DNA of 63,861 bases, the filler included, from Diploschistes diacapsis (Eukaryota), in the NCBI GenBank assembly GCA_023645945.1. It is 15 parts of 15 records of this genome, joined end to end, with 100 filler letters (N's around TTAATTAATTAA, not from the genome) between each part and the next. Parts side by side here need not be neighbours in the genome. Positions count along the whole stretch, not along the records: positions 62,389 to 63,861 come from JALAIB010003031.1; 14 more parts are not named here. One strand, written 5' to 3'. Below the pieces are notes generated by a model, which had not been told where the DNA came from, made no database searches, and saw only the letters and a list, made by a program, of their open reading frames with translations. The position numbers and the translations under genes were made by a program. How positions within the stretch are numbered: the first letter of the stretch is position 1; each line of letters begins with the position of its first letter. This document shows positions 62,389-63,861 of the stretch, one piece after another.

Positions 62389-63212
62389 CCTCCGGCACCA
62401 CCCCCAAACCCCCTCCGGTTTCCCGGGTCGACGATCAACCCTCATCCACATCCACCACAATCCGCAACTCTGACCTCGTGCCGACTAATGATCCCCAACC
62501 GCCTAAGAATCCGCCTAATGTCTCCGTCACCAACGAAACTCCCATCAGCATGAAGGGGATCAAAACGGGCACGCTGCAAGAGAGCCAGGAAGAAGGGAAG
62601 AAGAAGCGCGTTATGCAAGCGCCAAATAGAGAAACTACATGGAGTAGGAGTCAAATGCCACGTGAGCGAGCGATGTCGGGGCCGAGGTTCGAGCAGACGA
62701 TTATGGAATTGCAGGTACGTGCATCGTGAGCCCAGCGACATCAAGAGGGAGAAAGAAGCGGAGGAGGACAGAAGAGCTACAAGTCTGCTTAGATCTTGAG
62801 AGGATTTGACACCAGATGCTGACGACTGTGGTGCCAGCCCCGGCCCTACGCGGCAATAGAACTGATCCACAAGCAAGCCGTGCGCTGGACGCATGACCGC
62901 GTGGTATCATGCGACGGCGGAGGGGGGCCATTGGGTCATCCGAGGATCTTTATAAATGTGGATAAGCCGCAGATCTGCTGGTGTACTTACTGTGGGCTGC
63001 CCTTTGTAAGTGAACAATATCTTCTCTCTTGGGCATATGCTGAGATAGTGCGATGCGGATGCAATGCTGACTGGCTTTCACAGGCTCACGAACACCATCG
63101 TAAACATTTAGAAAGCTTACCATCAACGTCATTTCCGCTTGCGCCTCAGAACGATCCGGTGGAGGTAGAAGAGCCGCACAGGGTGACAGACGAGGCTTTT
63201 GCACAGCGGTGA
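62389..63212 (+). CDS. NDUFS6: NADH:ubiquinone oxidoreductase zinc-binding accessory subunit (zf-CHCC), 5'-truncated; exons <62389-62714, 62838-63005, 63084-63212
   Basis: QAPNR..WSRSQ..GPRFEQT..Q/PRPYAAIELIH..CDGGGGPLGHPRIFINVDKP..CTYCGLPF. Confidence 0.93.
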
Positions 63213-63861
63213 GGCTTCGTACAGCTATAGTATCGAAGGGTACAGTGGGTTATTGATGTATTACTGAACTCAGAACAGCCTTCAATATATGTCCTTGAAG
63301 GGAGACACATGCAGTGAGGTAAGAAATAGTGATTTGTACCAGGTTACACAATAAGGCATCGCATTTATAGATAACCGGTATGACTATACTTTTATTCCTC
63401 GAGCGAACAATATTCTCTAGTAATGATTACATCCAATCGATATGCAACTGCTCGGATCGCCTCAGTCTGTATCCCCAAACGACGGATCCTTGTGTTGCTG
63501 TGATTCAATTTGCTCTTTACATATTACTTTGCAAGGCTATATAGTACTATGCATTAAAGATTATTTAGGCACCTCAAATCCTTGAAGATCGCGCAATTGC
63601 ATTGTCCCCTACTGCTGGTAGGTTGCAATATCAGCTTTACATCAGTCGGTAGCTTAGAGCCCAGATTGCCTAACAGTATTAAGCAATAGAGCTCAAGAGG
63701 CAGCAAAGAAAGGTGAGACCGACAAACATTTGTAACAAATCCTTACTTAACGTTAATCCATAGGTTGAGATCAACAAAGTACAAAAATTAGATACTCATA
63801 CTCAACACCTACACAATCTCCCTCTGAGTAATAGAGAAAGGCCACCACCATGGGCGGCAAA

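Overview
Eukaryotic, intron-rich genomic DNA from a filamentous ascomycete (Pezizomycotina; exact taxon not determinable here). The window is not one locus. It is 15 contigs joined by artificial 100-bp spacers (44 N + TTAATTAATTAA + 44 N), with lengths falling in near-perfect order (21639, 21638; then 1479 down to 1473 bp), so adjacency across spacers carries no biological meaning. The two ~21.6-kb contigs hold mostly housekeeping genes: PIF1, PUB1/TIA-1, a Med2-like protein, an ArAE/FUSC-type membrane protein, a TspO-like membrane protein, a GT32 glycosyltransferase, SPG1/TEM1, EDC3, a glycine-zipper protein, PLC1, an orphan, an ADF-H/PH scaffold, OHCU decarboxylase, a WDR44-like WD40 protein and SWD2. 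The short contigs carry thioredoxin, NDUFS6 and an unknown Cys/His protein, or are nests of RIP-degraded Ty1/copia, Ty3/gypsy, pogo/Fot1 and hAT elements. I found no convincing new multi-gene system. The best leads are: AUG-less, mitochondrial-presequence-like N-terminal extensions on PIF1 and thioredoxin; two apparently undescribed hAT-type MITE families; a RIP signature that spares CpG; and an orphan gene with tandemly repeated candidate terminal exons.
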